A stretch of 40,000 bases of DNA from an uncultured Clostridiaceae bacterium (GCA_942490885.1 CALNYT010000002.1:5165024-5205023), one strand, 5' to 3'. Counted from the first letter of the stretch, positions 1 to 10,170 are shown. The notes: generated by a model from the letters alone, not told the origin. Numbers and translations: made by a program.

Positions 1-1
1 G

Positions 2-376
2 ATACATACTTATACTGTGGCAAAGAGAATAAGTGATAAGCTTATAAAGGAAAAATATAATGACAATATTGATACGGAAAGAGTAATAAAAGCAGCATTA
101 TTACACGATATAGGTAAGATAGAATGTCCTATGAATATTATAGAAAAAAGTATAATAGTTATATTAGATAAATTTTTTAGCAATAAGTTAAAGCAGAGTA
201 AGAATAAAAAGATATATATATACTATAATCATGCAGAAGTTGGATACAATATTTTATTAAATAAAGAATATTCAGAAGAATTTCTCAATATAATAAGATT
301 TCATCATTCTGATAACATTCACTCAGTAAATAAAGAAGAGATTGAATTACTTAAAGAGATTGATTCACAAACATAA
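2..376 (+). CDS. HD-domain (HDIG-type) metal-dependent phosphohydrolase, 5' end outside window
   Basis: The frame is open from base 2. The translation has LLHDIGK and RFHH motifs. An IHTYTVA segment resembling the first His motif lies before any possible start codon, so the gene begins upstream of the window. Confidence 0.7.
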   Translation: MHTYTVAKRISDKLIKEKYNDNIDTERVIKAALLHDIGKIECPMNIIEKSIIVILDKFFSNKLKQSKNKKIYIYYNHAEVGYNILLNKEYSEEFLNIIRFHHSDNIHSVNKEEIELLKEIDSQT

Positions 377-385
377 AGGAGGAAA

Positions 386-916
386 TTGAGAGTGATATCT
401 AATGACAGAAGGGAAAAAATATTAAATAAACTTTTGGAAAGTGACAAACCTATAAAGGGTCAGCATTTAGCAGAAATCTATGGTGTTACAAGACAGGTAA
501 TTGTAAAGGATATAGCTATATTAAGAGCTGTTGGGAATAGTATAATTCCTACACCAAATGGATATACAATCCCATTTGAAGAAGATAATGAAGGTATTTC
601 AAAAATTATTGCTGTTAACCATCCTAGAGATAAGATATATGATGAGCTTAAAACTATAATCAAATATGGAGGAAAAATTAAAGATGTTACTGTAGAACAT
701 CCTGTGTATGGTGAAATCACAGCAGTGTTAATGTTAAAGAATTTGTATGATATTGAAATGTTTATTGAAAAATTACAAAATGAGGAGGCACGACCTTTAC
801 TATCGTTAACTAAGGGAATACATCTACATACTATTATTGCAGATAGCCATGAAATAATGGATATGATATTAGATGAATTGAAAGTGAAAGGATATTTATT
901 GAATGAAAGTGAGTAG
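386..916 (+). CDS. niaR: NiaR/YrxA-type transcriptional repressor of NAD biosynthesis (HTH_11 plus 3H domain)
   Basis: N-terminal HTH (GVTRQVIVKDIAILRAVG) and three conserved His segments (VNHPRD, VEHPVYGE, GIHLHT). RBS AAGGAGG at 376-382. The true start may be GTG at 392. Confidence 0.85.
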   Translation: MRVISNDRREKILNKLLESDKPIKGQHLAEIYGVTRQVIVKDIAILRAVGNSIIPTPNGYTIPFEEDNEGISKIIAVNHPRDKIYDELKTIIKYGGKIKDVTVEHPVYGEITAVLMLKNLYDIEMFIEKLQNEEARPLLSLTKGIHLHTIIADSHEIMDMILDELKVKGYLLNESE

Positions 917-924
917 ATGATAAT

Positions 925-2091
925 ATGAATAGAGTAGCACTTTTAAAATGCGATAGCTATGATACAAATAAAGTAGAAAGAAAAATACGAGAAGGATTTG
1001 AACTTTTAGGTGGAGAAGAATATATAAGAACAATAATACCTCAAAATAGTAATATATTATTAAAGCCAAATTTATTAAGTATTGAAAGAGTTGGGTCTCC
1101 AGTAGTAACCAATGATATTTTTTTTGAAGGGGTCATTAGAGTATTAAAAGATTATAGTAGCAATATAAAGTTTGGTGATTCACCTGGATTTGGAGACACT
1201 AGAAAAGCTGCTGAAAAGTGTGGATTAATTAAAGTTGCAAATAAATATGGAGTAGAATTTGTTCCGTTTAAAGAAGAAGTACATGTCACCCTAGAGAATG
1301 CTATTAGATGTAGTTCGTGGAATGTATCTAAAGAAGCATATGAGGCAGATGTTTTGATTACATTACCTAAAATGAAAACTCATGCTATGGCGTATTTTAC
1401 AGGAGCAATTAAAAATCAATTTGGGTGTATTGTAGGCACGAAAAAAGCTAGTTGGCATACTAGGATGCCAGAAGCCAATAATTTTGCTAAGATGCTTTTG
1501 GATTTAAATTCAGTGCTTGAAACTGATTATGCAATCATGGATGGGATTGTTGCAATGCAAGGTAATGGACCTAAAAATGGAGAGCCATATGATATGAAAT
1601 CAATTATCATGGGAAAAAGTTTAAGCGCTGTAGATTCAATTGCAGCATATCTTATGGGATACAAAGATCCACTAGAAACGCCAATACTTAAAGAAGTATA
1701 TGATTCTAAATGGGGGCCTGTACTTATTAAGGATATTAAAATATTGGGGGAAACCTTAGAATCAATGAGCGTGAATGATTTTGAACTATGCAGAAAAGGA
1801 GGAAATTTTTACTTCATAAACCCAACGGTAACAAATTTTTTGAGAGGTATGATAGCACCCTATCCTAGTTTAATAAAAGATAAATGTATTAAGTGCAATA
1901 GATGCGTTGAGGTATGTCCTGAAACACCAAAAGCAGTATTGATGAAAAAGGATAAAAATAAAGACGTGTGGCCAGTATGGGATATGAAACAATGCATAAG
2001 ATGTTTCTGTTGCCAAGAATTATGTCCAGTGGGAGCAATAGAAATAAGAAAAAAAGCTTTAGGTAAATTACTTAATGGGGGAGATAAATAA
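925..2091 (+). CDS. DUF362 domain protein with C-terminal 2x[4Fe-4S] ferredoxin motifs
   Basis: DUF362-like N-terminus (VALLKCDSYD...LLKPNLL). Two Cys clusters: CIKCNRCVEVCPE and CIRCFCCQELCPVGAI. Confidence 0.8.
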   Translation: MNRVALLKCDSYDTNKVERKIREGFELLGGEEYIRTIIPQNSNILLKPNLLSIERVGSPVVTNDIFFEGVIRVLKDYSSNIKFGDSPGFGDTRKAAEKCGLIKVANKYGVEFVPFKEEVHVTLENAIRCSSWNVSKEAYEADVLITLPKMKTHAMAYFTGAIKNQFGCIVGTKKASWHTRMPEANNFAKMLLDLNSVLETDYAIMDGIVAMQGNGPKNGEPYDMKSIIMGKSLSAVDSIAAYLMGYKDPLETPILKEVYDSKWGPVLIKDIKILGETLESMSVNDFELCRKGGNFYFINPTVTNFLRGMIAPYPSLIKDKCIKCNRCVEVCPETPKAVLMKKDKNKDVWPVWDMKQCIRCFCCQELCPVGAIEIRKKALGKLLNGGDK

Positions 2092-2105
2092 TTAGGAGGG
2101 ATATA

Positions 2106-4850
2106 ATGAAAAAGAAGGTTGGATTAAGTGTTTTTATAGGAGCTATTGTACTTATAATATTGTTTATGAGTGGATTTACTAATATTGCTATAGATATAAT
2201 ATGGTTTGATAATATTGGATATTTATCAGTGTTTTTTAAAAAGTTTTTCTCAATACTAAAGATTATGGCTCCAATGTTTGTTGTTTTTTATATTATAATT
2301 TGGCTTTATTATAAGAGTATAAAGAACAGTATGAACAGAGTAAAATTTATTAGAGAAGTAGATGTAAAAAAGAATAAGATTGAGAAAAGAATATTTATTG
2401 CTGCAAATGCAGCATTGTCGTTGTTATTCTCGTATTCTTTTGCACATAAGTACTGGTATAAAATATTAGAATTTATAAATGCTTCAGATTTTAATGTTAA
2501 AGATCCTCTATATAATAAGGATATATCTTTCTTTGTGTTTAAATTACCTTTGATTGAATCACTACATAATACATTGACAGGAATTATAATATTTATGATA
2601 GTGGTAACTTTAGTTGTTTTCTTTATTTCTAATGCAAGTGAGTGGGCAAGTAAGAAGTCCACTGATATTAAAACGATTAAAAATGAGTTTACTAAATTCG
2701 CAGGTATTCAATTAGCAGTTGTTGCAATGATATTCATATTGAATATGACCCTGGGTTTCCTAATTAAATCATGGAATTTAGTATATTCAGCTAGAGGAGT
2801 TGTTTTTGGAGCAAGTTATACAGATGTAAAAGTAACACAAAAGTTCTACTTAATAATAGCTATAGTTGGTGTTATTGTAGGTATTATAGTGTTTATAAGT
2901 ATAGTGAAGAAAAAATATAAACTAGGAGTTATTTCTGTTGTAATTTTATTTGCATTAATTCCTCTTGAGGGAATAACGGCGGGCATAGTTCAAAAATTAG
3001 TAGTTGACTCTAATGCAATAAAACTTGAAAAACCATATATAGAACACAATATTGATTACACTAGAAAAGCTTATAACTTAGATAGTATAGATACGGTTAA
3101 TTTTGAAATAGAGAATACACTAACTTATGCTGATATTGAGAAAAATAGGGATATAATCGATAATATTAAGATTACATCTTTTCAACCTACTCTTGAATTT
3201 TATAGAGAGGTTCAGTATATAAAAAAATATTACACATTTAATGGTGTTGATGTAGATAGATATATGATTAATGGAGAGTATAATCAGGTTTTCTTAGCGC
3301 CAAGAGAGATTGATGTAAATGTGCAAGATGAAAGCAGTAATAAGTGGCAGAATAATCATCTAGTATACACTCATGGTTATGGTGTGGTAATGAACAAAGT
3401 TAATGAATTAACTGAGGATAGAGAGCTAGTATTTGTAATGGATGAAATTCCTCAAAAAAATGAAAGTGATATAAACCTTGAAAACCCTCGAATATATTTT
3501 GGAGAGAAAACAAATCAATATGTAATAGTTAATACAGATGTAAATGAATTAGATTATCCAAAAGGAGATCAAAATGTTTCAGCTAATTATGAAGGTGATG
3601 CTGGAATAGAAATGACAGCATTAAATAAGCTTATTTTTGCATTAAAAGAAAAGGAACCAAAATTCTTATTATCAAAAGATATTAAAAATAATAGTAAAAT
3701 TATAATTAATAGAAATATTATGGATAGAGTAACTAAAATAGCTCCATTCCTAAGCTACGATAAAGATCCTTATTTATTTATTGATAATGGACAGCTATAT
3801 TGGATGATTGATGCATATACAAAATCAAGTAGATATCCTTTTTCAGAAAAAACAAATGGAATAAACTATTCTAGAAATTCTATTAAAGTAGTTATAGATG
3901 CATATAGAGGGGATGTTAAATTCTATATAGTAGATGAAAATGATCCAATTGCAATGACTTACTCTAAAATATTTCCAGAAATGTTTGAAACAACCGTGCC
4001 ACAAGGGATAAGAAGTCACTTTAGATATCCAAGTGAGTTATTCCAGTTACAGAGTAATATTTTAGGTAAGTATCATGTAACAGATCCAGAGATATTCATA
4101 AAGAATGAAGATCCGTGGGAAATTGCAAAGGACAATAAAAAAGTTGAAGATCAAGATAATTTAACTGATCCAGTTTATATGGTATTAAAGATACCTGGGG
4201 AAGAAAATGTTGAGATGTCACTCGTTAACTACTTTAATGTTAAAGACCGTGCTAATATGGTAGCTATGCTAGCAGGGCGTATGGATGGGGAGAACTATGG
4301 TAAGATGAATCTTATAAAATTCCCAGTAAGAGAAACTGTGTATAGTCCAACATTATTCAATCAGAAAGTTAATCAGGATGTTACCATTTCTAAAGAACTT
4401 ACACTTTTGGATGCAAAGGGTTCGGAAGTTATATATGGGGATACTTTAATATTACCAATCAAAGATTCTTTATTATATGTAGAACCAGTATATTTAAGAG
4501 CTATGGGTGGAAAGAGCATACCACAGGTTAAGTTTATTATACTTTCATATAAAGATAAGATTGTAAAGGGTGAATCATTAGAAGAAGCATTGAAGAATCT
4601 CTTTAACTTTAAAGAAGAAATTATTGTTCCTGATAAGGAAGATAAAGAAGATAAAGAAGAAATAACTGATAAAGATAATGCGGAAAAAAGTGATGAATTT
4701 AAAGACCTTAGTGAGGATAAGCAAATACTTATAAAAGAAGCTAATAAGATTTATGACCAATCAAAAGAGGCAATGAAAAATGGTGAATGGGCTAAATATG
4801 GTGAATTAATAGAACAATTAGGTAAGATAATTGAAAAATTGAATAAGTAG
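2106..4850 (+). CDS. UPF0182 family large membrane protein
   Basis: 914 aa with about seven N-terminal TM helices, a large extracytoplasmic domain and an acidic KE-rich tail. Size and layout are typical of UPF0182. RBS GGAGGG. Confidence 0.8.
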   Translation: MKKKVGLSVFIGAIVLIILFMSGFTNIAIDIIWFDNIGYLSVFFKKFFSILKIMAPMFVVFYIIIWLYYKSIKNSMNRVKFIREVDVKKNKIEKRIFIAANAALSLLFSYSFAHKYWYKILEFINASDFNVKDPLYNKDISFFVFKLPLIESLHNTLTGIIIFMIVVTLVVFFISNASEWASKKSTDIKTIKNEFTKFAGIQLAVVAMIFILNMTLGFLIKSWNLVYSARGVVFGASYTDVKVTQKFYLIIAIVGVIVGIIVFISIVKKKYKLGVISVVILFALIPLEGITAGIVQKLVVDSNAIKLEKPYIEHNIDYTRKAYNLDSIDTVNFEIENTLTYADIEKNRDIIDNIKITSFQPTLEFYREVQYIKKYYTFNGVDVDRYMINGEYNQVFLAPREIDVNVQDESSNKWQNNHLVYTHGYGVVMNKVNELTEDRELVFVMDEIPQKNESDINLENPRIYFGEKTNQYVIVNTDVNELDYPKGDQNVSANYEGDAGIEMTALNKLIFALKEKEPKFLLSKDIKNNSKIIINRNIMDRVTKIAPFLSYDKDPYLFIDNGQLYWMIDAYTKSSRYPFSEKTNGINYSRNSIKVVIDAYRGDVKFYIVDENDPIAMTYSKIFPEMFETTVPQGIRSHFRYPSELFQLQSNILGKYHVTDPEIFIKNEDPWEIAKDNKKVEDQDNLTDPVYMVLKIPGEENVEMSLVNYFNVKDRANMVAMLAGRMDGENYGKMNLIKFPVRETVYSPTLFNQKVNQDVTISKELTLLDAKGSEVIYGDTLILPIKDSLLYVEPVYLRAMGGKSIPQVKFIILSYKDKIVKGESLEEALKNLFNFKEEIIVPDKEDKEDKEEITDKDNAEKSDEFKDLSEDKQILIKEANKIYDQSKEAMKNGEWAKYGELIEQLGKIIEKLNK

Positions 4851-4861
4851 TTATTGTTAAT

Positions 4862-4890
4862 AAAAAAATGCGTAATAAACGCATTTTTTT
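4862..4890 (+). terminator. Rho-independent terminator
   Basis: aaaaaaatgcgt-aataa-acgcattttttt: stem, loop and T-run, with an A-run on the other side (potentially bidirectional). Confidence 0.7.
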
Positions 4891-5006
4891 ATTAGTATGA
4901 TTATGATGGTTACAAATGACTTAATACAAATTTTAATTATATCTATTAAAGGGTATACTTATGATATAATTAAAATTGGAATAAATTTAAATATCGGAGG
5001 ATATCT

Positions 5007-6398
5007 ATGGATTATGATGTAGTTATATTAGGTGGAGGACTTATAGGGTGTTCTATAGCATATGAATTGTCAAAGTATAATTTAAATATTGCACTTATTG
5101 AAAAAAACTATGATATAGCACATGATATATCTCATATCAATACATCTATTGTATATAGTGGAGCGGAAAGTAATAATAGCTTAGCAAGTGAATTGGAAAG
5201 TATAGGAAATGATATGCTTGACGTGCTAGTTTCAAAATTTAATGTTCCATTTAAGAGGACTGGTACATTATATGTGGCTAGAAATGACGAAGAAGAAAAG
5301 CGAATAGAAGATATATATAATAGAGCTATAGATAGAGGAATAAAGGATGTAAAACTTTTAAATAAAGAATATGTATATGCTATGGAACCTAACTTCAAGA
5401 AAGATATAAACAAAGCTCTATACATTAAAAAGACAGGAGTTATATGTCCATTTGATCTTGCACTGGCATATGCAGAAATTGCTTTTGTTAATGATGTTAA
5501 CTTTAAACTTGAAGAAGAGGTAATAGACATACAAAAAAGTTCTCAAGGATTTAAGGTTATAACAAGTAAGAATAAATTTAAATGTAAATTAGTAATAAAT
5601 ACATTGAATAACTTTAGTTATACAATTGATAAATGTGAGAATACTAAGCCTAATAAAGAAGAACTTAAATTCTTTTTATTTGATAGTAAGTTTGATAATA
5701 AGTTTTCAAATATTATATTCAGTATCGATGAAAATAATGATAAAGCATTTATTGTTCCTGCAAACAAAAATAAGACAATAGGTGCCATAAAAACAAAAAA
5801 TAATATATATAACTTTGAGCTTCTAAAAGAATTTTCTAAACTGATGGAAGGGATTAAGTTTAAGGATGTTAAATCATTTTATGAATCAATGTATTATGAA
5901 GAAGATATATTAATTGATGATAGTTCTATAGATAATGGATATATAAAAATAAGAGGCAAACATTACGGATTAGTAACTATGACTCCTGCTATTTCTAAAA
6001 TAGTATGTGAAACAGTTACAAGTAATTTGAACTGTAAGTTAAAAAAAGAATTCATTGATAAGAGAAGAGAATATTTTAAATTCAGTGATTTGACAGATGA
6101 AGAGAGAGGAACAATAATTGAGGCTGATAAGAGATATGGAAAGATGATATGTTTGTGTAATTATATAACTGAAGGAGAAATCATTGATTCCATAAGAAGA
6201 CCACTAGGAGCAAGGACCGTTGAAGGTGTAAAGAGAAGAACTGGAGCATCCTTTGGAAATTGTTATGGAGCTCAATGTTTAAATAAAATAGTAAATATAT
6301 TAGCAAGAGAAACTAATAAAAACATAACTGAGATAGTTAAAGATTCTAAAAACTCTAGAATAATATTAAGCAGGATAAAAGAATTTGATGAAATGTAA
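5007..6398 (+). CDS. FAD-dependent oxidoreductase (GlpA/DAO-like) with C-terminal BFD-like [2Fe-2S]-binding domain
   Basis: N-terminal dinucleotide fold DVVILGGGLIGCSIAYELSK. C-terminal CLCNYITEGEI...GASFGNCYGAQC Cys pattern of the BFD-like domain. Confidence 0.8.
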   Translation: MDYDVVILGGGLIGCSIAYELSKYNLNIALIEKNYDIAHDISHINTSIVYSGAESNNSLASELESIGNDMLDVLVSKFNVPFKRTGTLYVARNDEEEKRIEDIYNRAIDRGIKDVKLLNKEYVYAMEPNFKKDINKALYIKKTGVICPFDLALAYAEIAFVNDVNFKLEEEVIDIQKSSQGFKVITSKNKFKCKLVINTLNNFSYTIDKCENTKPNKEELKFFLFDSKFDNKFSNIIFSIDENNDKAFIVPANKNKTIGAIKTKNNIYNFELLKEFSKLMEGIKFKDVKSFYESMYYEEDILIDDSSIDNGYIKIRGKHYGLVTMTPAISKIVCETVTSNLNCKLKKEFIDKRREYFKFSDLTDEERGTIIEADKRYGKMICLCNYITEGEIIDSIRRPLGARTVEGVKRRTGASFGNCYGAQCLNKIVNILARETNKNITEIVKDSKNSRIILSRIKEFDEM

Positions 6399-6415
6399 TG
6401 TGATGGAGGATTAAC

Positions 6416-6646
6416 ATGAATGGAATAGAGTATTTTACTTCAGTTGTAAGAGTAAAAGGTTCAAAGGTGGCAACTGTAGTTCCTGTAAAAAGTAGCAAGC
6501 CACTAGATAAAGATTTATGGTTAAGTTGTTCAAAAGCTTTAAGTATATTAAGGATTGGTCCCCCAGTAGAAGTTGGCGATATTTTGTGCAAAAATATATT
6601 AAATACTGGACTTGATATTGTGAGTACAAAAAATATATTAGAATAA
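6416..6646 (+). CDS. DUF1667-like small protein (partner of the GlpA-like oxidoreductase)
   Basis: The C-terminal PVEVGDILCKNILNTGLDIVSTKNI resembles the DUF1667 C-terminus. Good RBS GGAGG. It sits directly downstream of the FAD oxidoreductase, as in clostridial operons. It is shorter than usual and lacks the N-terminal Cys motif. Confidence 0.55.
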   Translation: MNGIEYFTSVVRVKGSKVATVVPVKSSKPLDKDLWLSCSKALSILRIGPPVEVGDILCKNILNTGLDIVSTKNILE

Positions 6647-6714
6647 TTATTGACTATAAAAAAATTAAGATGTAAAATAATAGCTAAAGAAACATTAGAA
6701 AAATTGAAATTTTT

Positions 6715-6937
6715 AAAACCTGTGAAGAGGCAAGTATTTTTATTTAAGGCTTAAGAGAGTCAGTGGATGGTGAGAACTGATGCGTTAGATAAGAAGAATC
6801 CACCTCTGAGGGACTGTGATGAGCAGTACGGCACAATGTCGTTATTTATAGAGTGGATTAGTAAAATAATCAATTAGGGTGGTAACGCGGAGTCTTTCGT
6901 CCCTTTATAAGGGGGACGTAGGACTTTTTTTGTTGCC
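6715..6937 (+). promoter_or_regulatory. T-box riboswitch leader (Ser specifier) controlling serS
   Basis: Stem I AGAGAG and GGTGAGA elements. Candidate specifier TCC at 6799-6801 (GAA-TCC-A context). Canonical T-box sequence AATTAGGGTGGTAACGCGG at 6872-6890. Terminator hairpin with a T7 run at 6891-6937, 40 nt before the serS start. Confidence 0.85.
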
Positions 6938-6978
6938 CTAAAAAATTTTAATCATAATAAAAATCTAGGAGGATAAAT

Positions 6979-8259
6979 ATGTTAGATTTAAAAAGGATAA
7001 GAAATGAAGCACAAGAAATAAAGAATTCAATGGCTGGTAGAGGCGAGAGTTTTGACGTATCAGTTATAGATGAAATTATTGAACTTGACAAAAAAAGAAG
7101 AGAAATGCTTGTTACAGTAGAAGAAATGAAGCAAGAAAGAAATGAAAAATCAAAGATGGTACCTAAGATGAAAAAGGCTGGGGAAGATATTCAAGAATTA
7201 ATGATTTCTATGAAGGATTTATCTGATAAAATAAAAGATTTTGATGTTGAGTTAGGAGAAATTAATCAAAAGATTGAATACCTTATGTTAAGGATACCTA
7301 ATGTTCCTAACGAAAATGTACCAAATGGAGATACTGATGACGATAATGTAGAGATAAGAGTTTGGGGAGAACCTAAAAAGTTTGATTTTGATATTAAAGC
7401 ACACTGGGATATTGGAGTAGATTTAGATATACTGGATTTTGAAAGAGGTGGAAAGGTTACAGGATCAAGATTTACAGTATATAAGGGACTAGGAGCAAGA
7501 CTTGAGAGATCAGTAATAAACTATTTCTTAAACACGCATACAGAGGAAAATGGATATAAAGAAGTATTACCACCATATATGGTTAATAGAACTAGTATGA
7601 CAGGAACAGGGCAACTACCTAAATTTGAAGAAGATGCATTCAAGATAAAAGAAGATGATTATTTCTTAATTCCTACAGCAGAGGTACCTGTTACGAACAT
7701 GCATAGAGATGAAATCATTGAGGGTGAGGAGCTTCCAATTAAGTACGCAGCATATAGCGCATGCTTTAGATCAGAAGCTGGTTCAGCAGGAAGAGACACT
7801 AGAGGATTAATAAGACAACATCAGTTTAATAAAGTAGAGTTAGTTAAATTTGTTAAACCAGAAGAGTCTTATAATGAACTTGAAAAGCTTGTACAAGACG
7901 CAGAATCGGTTTTACAAGGATTAGGGTTACCTTATAGGGTAGTTAAGATATGCAAAGGCGATTTAGGGTTTACAGCTGCATTTAAATACGATATTGAGGT
8001 ATGGATGCCTAGTTATAATAAATACGTTGAGATTTCAAGCTGTAGTAATTTTGAAGACTTCCAAGCAAGAAGAGCTAATATTAGATATAGGGATGATATG
8101 AAATCTAAACCAAAGTTTGTTCATACATTAAATGGATCTGGTTTAGCAATAGGTAGAACTGTTGCAGCAATACTTGAAAATTATCAAAGAAAAGATGGGA
8201 CTGTAGCAATTCCTGATGAATTAATTATGTATATGGGTGGAAGAGAATATATAAAATAA
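6979..8259 (+). CDS. serS: Seryl-tRNA synthetase
   Basis: 426 aa with an N-terminal coiled-coil arm and class II motifs ([43 protein letters not shown]). Confidence 0.97.
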   Translation: MLDLKRIRNEAQEIKNSMAGRGESFDVSVIDEIIELDKKRREMLVTVEEMKQERNEKSKMVPKMKKAGEDIQELMISMKDLSDKIKDFDVELGEINQKIEYLMLRIPNVPNENVPNGDTDDDNVEIRVWGEPKKFDFDIKAHWDIGVDLDILDFERGGKVTGSRFTVYKGLGARLERSVINYFLNTHTEENGYKEVLPPYMVNRTSMTGTGQLPKFEEDAFKIKEDDYFLIPTAEVPVTNMHRDEIIEGEELPIKYAAYSACFRSEAGSAGRDTRGLIRQHQFNKVELVKFVKPEESYNELEKLVQDAESVLQGLGLPYRVVKICKGDLGFTAAFKYDIEVWMPSYNKYVEISSCSNFEDFQARRANIRYRDDMKSKPKFVHTLNGSGLAIGRTVAAILENYQRKDGTVAIPDELIMYMGGREYIK

Positions 8260-8342
8260 TCTATGTTAAAAATATTATACAAAAACAATTAGTATAAATA
8301 GGTTAATAAAAAAGTTAAATATAAGTTTTAAGGTTATTTTAG

Positions 8343-8449
8343 TTATAGAGATTCCAGTACAAAAATTTATTTATACTTGTTCCAAAATCTCAGCGTATCA
8401 ATGAGTTATGGACACGTATAAATAAAGATTTGAGTTGGAATCTCTATAA
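8343..8449. repeat. Long imperfect inverted repeat / extended hairpin downstream of serS
   Basis: ttatagagattcca (8343-8356) pairs perfectly with tggaatctctataa (8436-8449). An inner segment, tttatttatac with gtataaataaa, also pairs. Confidence 0.6.
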
Positions 8450-8565
8450 TCGATTACTCGGGTATGATATAAATTAAAATAGCCTTACTTCTTCACTTTG
8501 GAACGTTTTAACCTGATAAATTCAAAGCAAATGACAAAAAATAATAAAAAGTGATAAAATATATG

Positions 8566-8594
8566 TTGACACAAAACATATTCACTGCTATAAT
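8566..8594 (+). promoter_or_regulatory. Sigma-A type promoter of tRNA-Ser unit 1
   Basis: TTGACA (8566-8571), 17-nt spacer, TATAAT (8589-8594). The same TATAAT-aaatcttgt context precedes units 2 and 3. Confidence 0.7.
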
Positions 8595-8615
8595 TAATCT
8601 TGTCGCAGGAAATGT

Positions 8616-8707
8616 GGAGAGATGGTCGAGCTGGCTTAAGGCACCGGTCTTGAAAACCGGCGTGCGTGATGAGCGCACCGTGGGTTCAAATCCCACTCTC
8701 TCTGCCA
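8616..8707 (+). tRNA. tRNA-Ser (anticodon UGA), copy 1
   Basis: Cloverleaf with long variable arm. Anticodon loop CT-TGA-AA between CCGGT/ACCGG. T-arm GTGGGTTCAAATCCCAC. Encoded CCA. Confidence 0.95.
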
Positions 8708-8719
8708 TTTTTTTTATAT

Positions 8720-8810
8720 GGAGAAGTACTCAAGTGGCTGAAGAGGCTCCCCTGCTAAGGGAGTAGGGCGCGGAAGTGTCGCGAGGGTTCAAATCCCTCT
8801 TTCTCCGCCA
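8720..8810 (+). tRNA. tRNA-Ser (anticodon GCU), copy 1
   Basis: Anticodon loop CT-GCT-AA between CTCCC/GGGAG, long variable arm, T-arm GAGGGTTCAAATCCCTC, encoded CCA. Confidence 0.95.
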
Positions 8811-8812
8811 AA

Positions 8813-8842
8813 AACATCCAATCTATATTGGGTGTTTTTTTA
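8813..8842 (+). terminator. Rho-independent terminator after tRNA-Ser unit 1
   Basis: catccaat-ctat-attgggtg followed by a T7 run. Confidence 0.6.
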
Positions 8843-8899
8843 TTATTAAGGAAATTGAAAAATTTCATAAAAAAATATAAAAAAATTTATAAAAAGGTA

Positions 8900-8927
8900 T
8901 TGATTTAATTCAATAAGTTGATATAAT
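8900..8927 (+). promoter_or_regulatory. Promoter of tRNA-Ser unit 2
   Basis: TTGATT (8900-8905), 16-nt spacer, TATAAT (8922-8927). Confidence 0.6.
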
Positions 8928-8948
8928 AAATCTTGTTGTAGGAAATAT

Positions 8949-9040
8949 GGAGAGATGGTCGAGCTGGCTTAAGGCACCGGTCTTGAAAACCGGCGTGCGT
9001 GATGAGCGCACCGTGGGTTCAAATCCCACTCTCTCTGCCA
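8949..9040 (+). tRNA. tRNA-Ser (anticodon UGA), copy 2
   Basis: Sequence identical to copy 1. Confidence 0.95.
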
Positions 9041-9226
9041 TTTTTTTATTTATATTTTATCTAGTAACATTCATTAGTGTAATATATAAATCTACTAATA
9101 ATTTATTAAATACTAAGAAATAACGATTATATTTTATCAATAAAGTTTAATGGATCAAAAGTGTATATTATTATTTTTTTTAAAATGAATCATTAAGAAA
9201 AATGATAAAAAAATAAAAAAAAAGTA

Positions 9227-9255
9227 TTGACTTTATTTTGATAGATTGATATAAT
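9227..9255 (+). promoter_or_regulatory. Promoter of tRNA-Ser unit 3
   Basis: TTGACT (9227-9232), 17-nt spacer, TATAAT (9250-9255). Confidence 0.65.
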
Positions 9256-9275
9256 AAATCTTGTCGTTAGGACGT

Positions 9276-9367
9276 GGAGAGATGGTCGAGCTGGCTTAAG
9301 GCACCGGTCTTGAAAACCGGCGTGCGTGATGAGCGCACCGTGGGTTCAAATCCCACTCTCTCTGCCA
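9276..9367 (+). tRNA. tRNA-Ser (anticodon UGA), copy 3
   Basis: Sequence identical to copies 1 and 2. Confidence 0.95.
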
Positions 9368-9376
9368 ATTTTATAT

Positions 9377-9467
9377 GGAGAAGTACTCAAGTGGCTGAAG
9401 AGGCTCCCCTGCTAAGGGAGTAGGGCGCGGAAGCGTCGCGAGGGTTCAAATCCCTCCTTCTCCGCCA
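9377..9467 (+). tRNA. tRNA-Ser (anticodon GCU), copy 2
   Basis: Same as 8720-8810 except for two substitutions, one in the variable arm (gtgtc to gcgtc) and one at acceptor position 66 (T to C, changing a G-U pair to G-C). Confidence 0.95.
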
Positions 9468-9747
9468 AAAACACTCAATAGTATATTGGGTGTTTTTTAT
9501 TTTTACACTTATTTATATGGATATTAGAAGTGATAATAAAAACTTGAATTTATATAAAGATAACACAAGTGAATTTTCATACTGTTTATAATAGACATTA
9601 TTAACAATATAAGATATAAATAATATTGTTGTAAAACATTACAAACCGTAAAATTATGAAGAGATTTTAATATATCATTGAAAAAATATGTAGAATTTTA
9701 TATAATTATTTGTAATAGGGTATTATTAATTATATTAGGGGGGTTTT

Positions 9748-10170
9748 ATGGATATAGGCGGTGCATTTTTAAAAGCTAGTGAAGAAGTGTTAAATATGTT
9801 TGGAATGAGATATGAATATATTAATAGACACAAAGATAATATATTGTGTGAAAATATAGTTATTTCAATAGATTTAAAAAAAGATATTGAGGGAAAAATA
9901 GATCTTCTCATAACAGAAACGCTTGCGCTTAAAATCATATCTATGATGATGGGTGGAATGGATGTATCATCAGTAGATGAAATGGGTAAGAGTGCTTTGG
10001 GGGAGCTTTTAAATATGACAGCAGGGAATGCATTGATGAAATTATCTGGCGGAAATGATATTGATATTTCACCTCCGCAAATAACTTTTGAGAAAGATTT
10101 TTCAATTAATGATGAATGTCATACATTTTTCGTTGATAATGAAAAGATGTATTTAAATATTGCTATTTAG
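9748..10170 (+). CDS. CheX/CheC-like chemotaxis phosphatase-family protein
   Basis: 140 aa. The GELLNMTAGNA segment resembles the CheC/CheX E-x2-N active-site helix. RBS GGGGGG. Confidence 0.5.
   Translation: MDIGGAFLKASEEVLNMFGMRYEYINRHKDNILCENIVISIDLKKDIEGKIDLLITETLALKIISMMMGGMDVSSVDEMGKSALGELLNMTAGNALMKLSGGNDIDISPPQITFEKDFSINDECHTFFVDNEKMYLNIAI

Noticed and set aside
478-6629. Antisense ORFs nested in larger genes (478..720, 2309..2662, 4578..4760, 5132..5530, 6355..6591, 6435..6629)
   Set aside because: Each lies opposite a well-supported gene, has a low-complexity translation and has no RBS. These are shadow ORFs expected in AT-rich DNA. The same applies to similar shadow ORFs later in the window (13227, 14228, 16913, 17001, 18052, 18237, 26655, 27427, 27800, 27940, 28237, 29080, 31190, 31510, 32499, 35372, 36199, 37036, 37867).
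8508-8766. ORFs 8508..8708 (-) and 8551..8766 (+) in the six-frame track
   Set aside because: They overlap tRNA-Ser genes and their promoter. The translations (e.g. VGFEPTVRS) are typical read-through of tRNA sequence, not coding.
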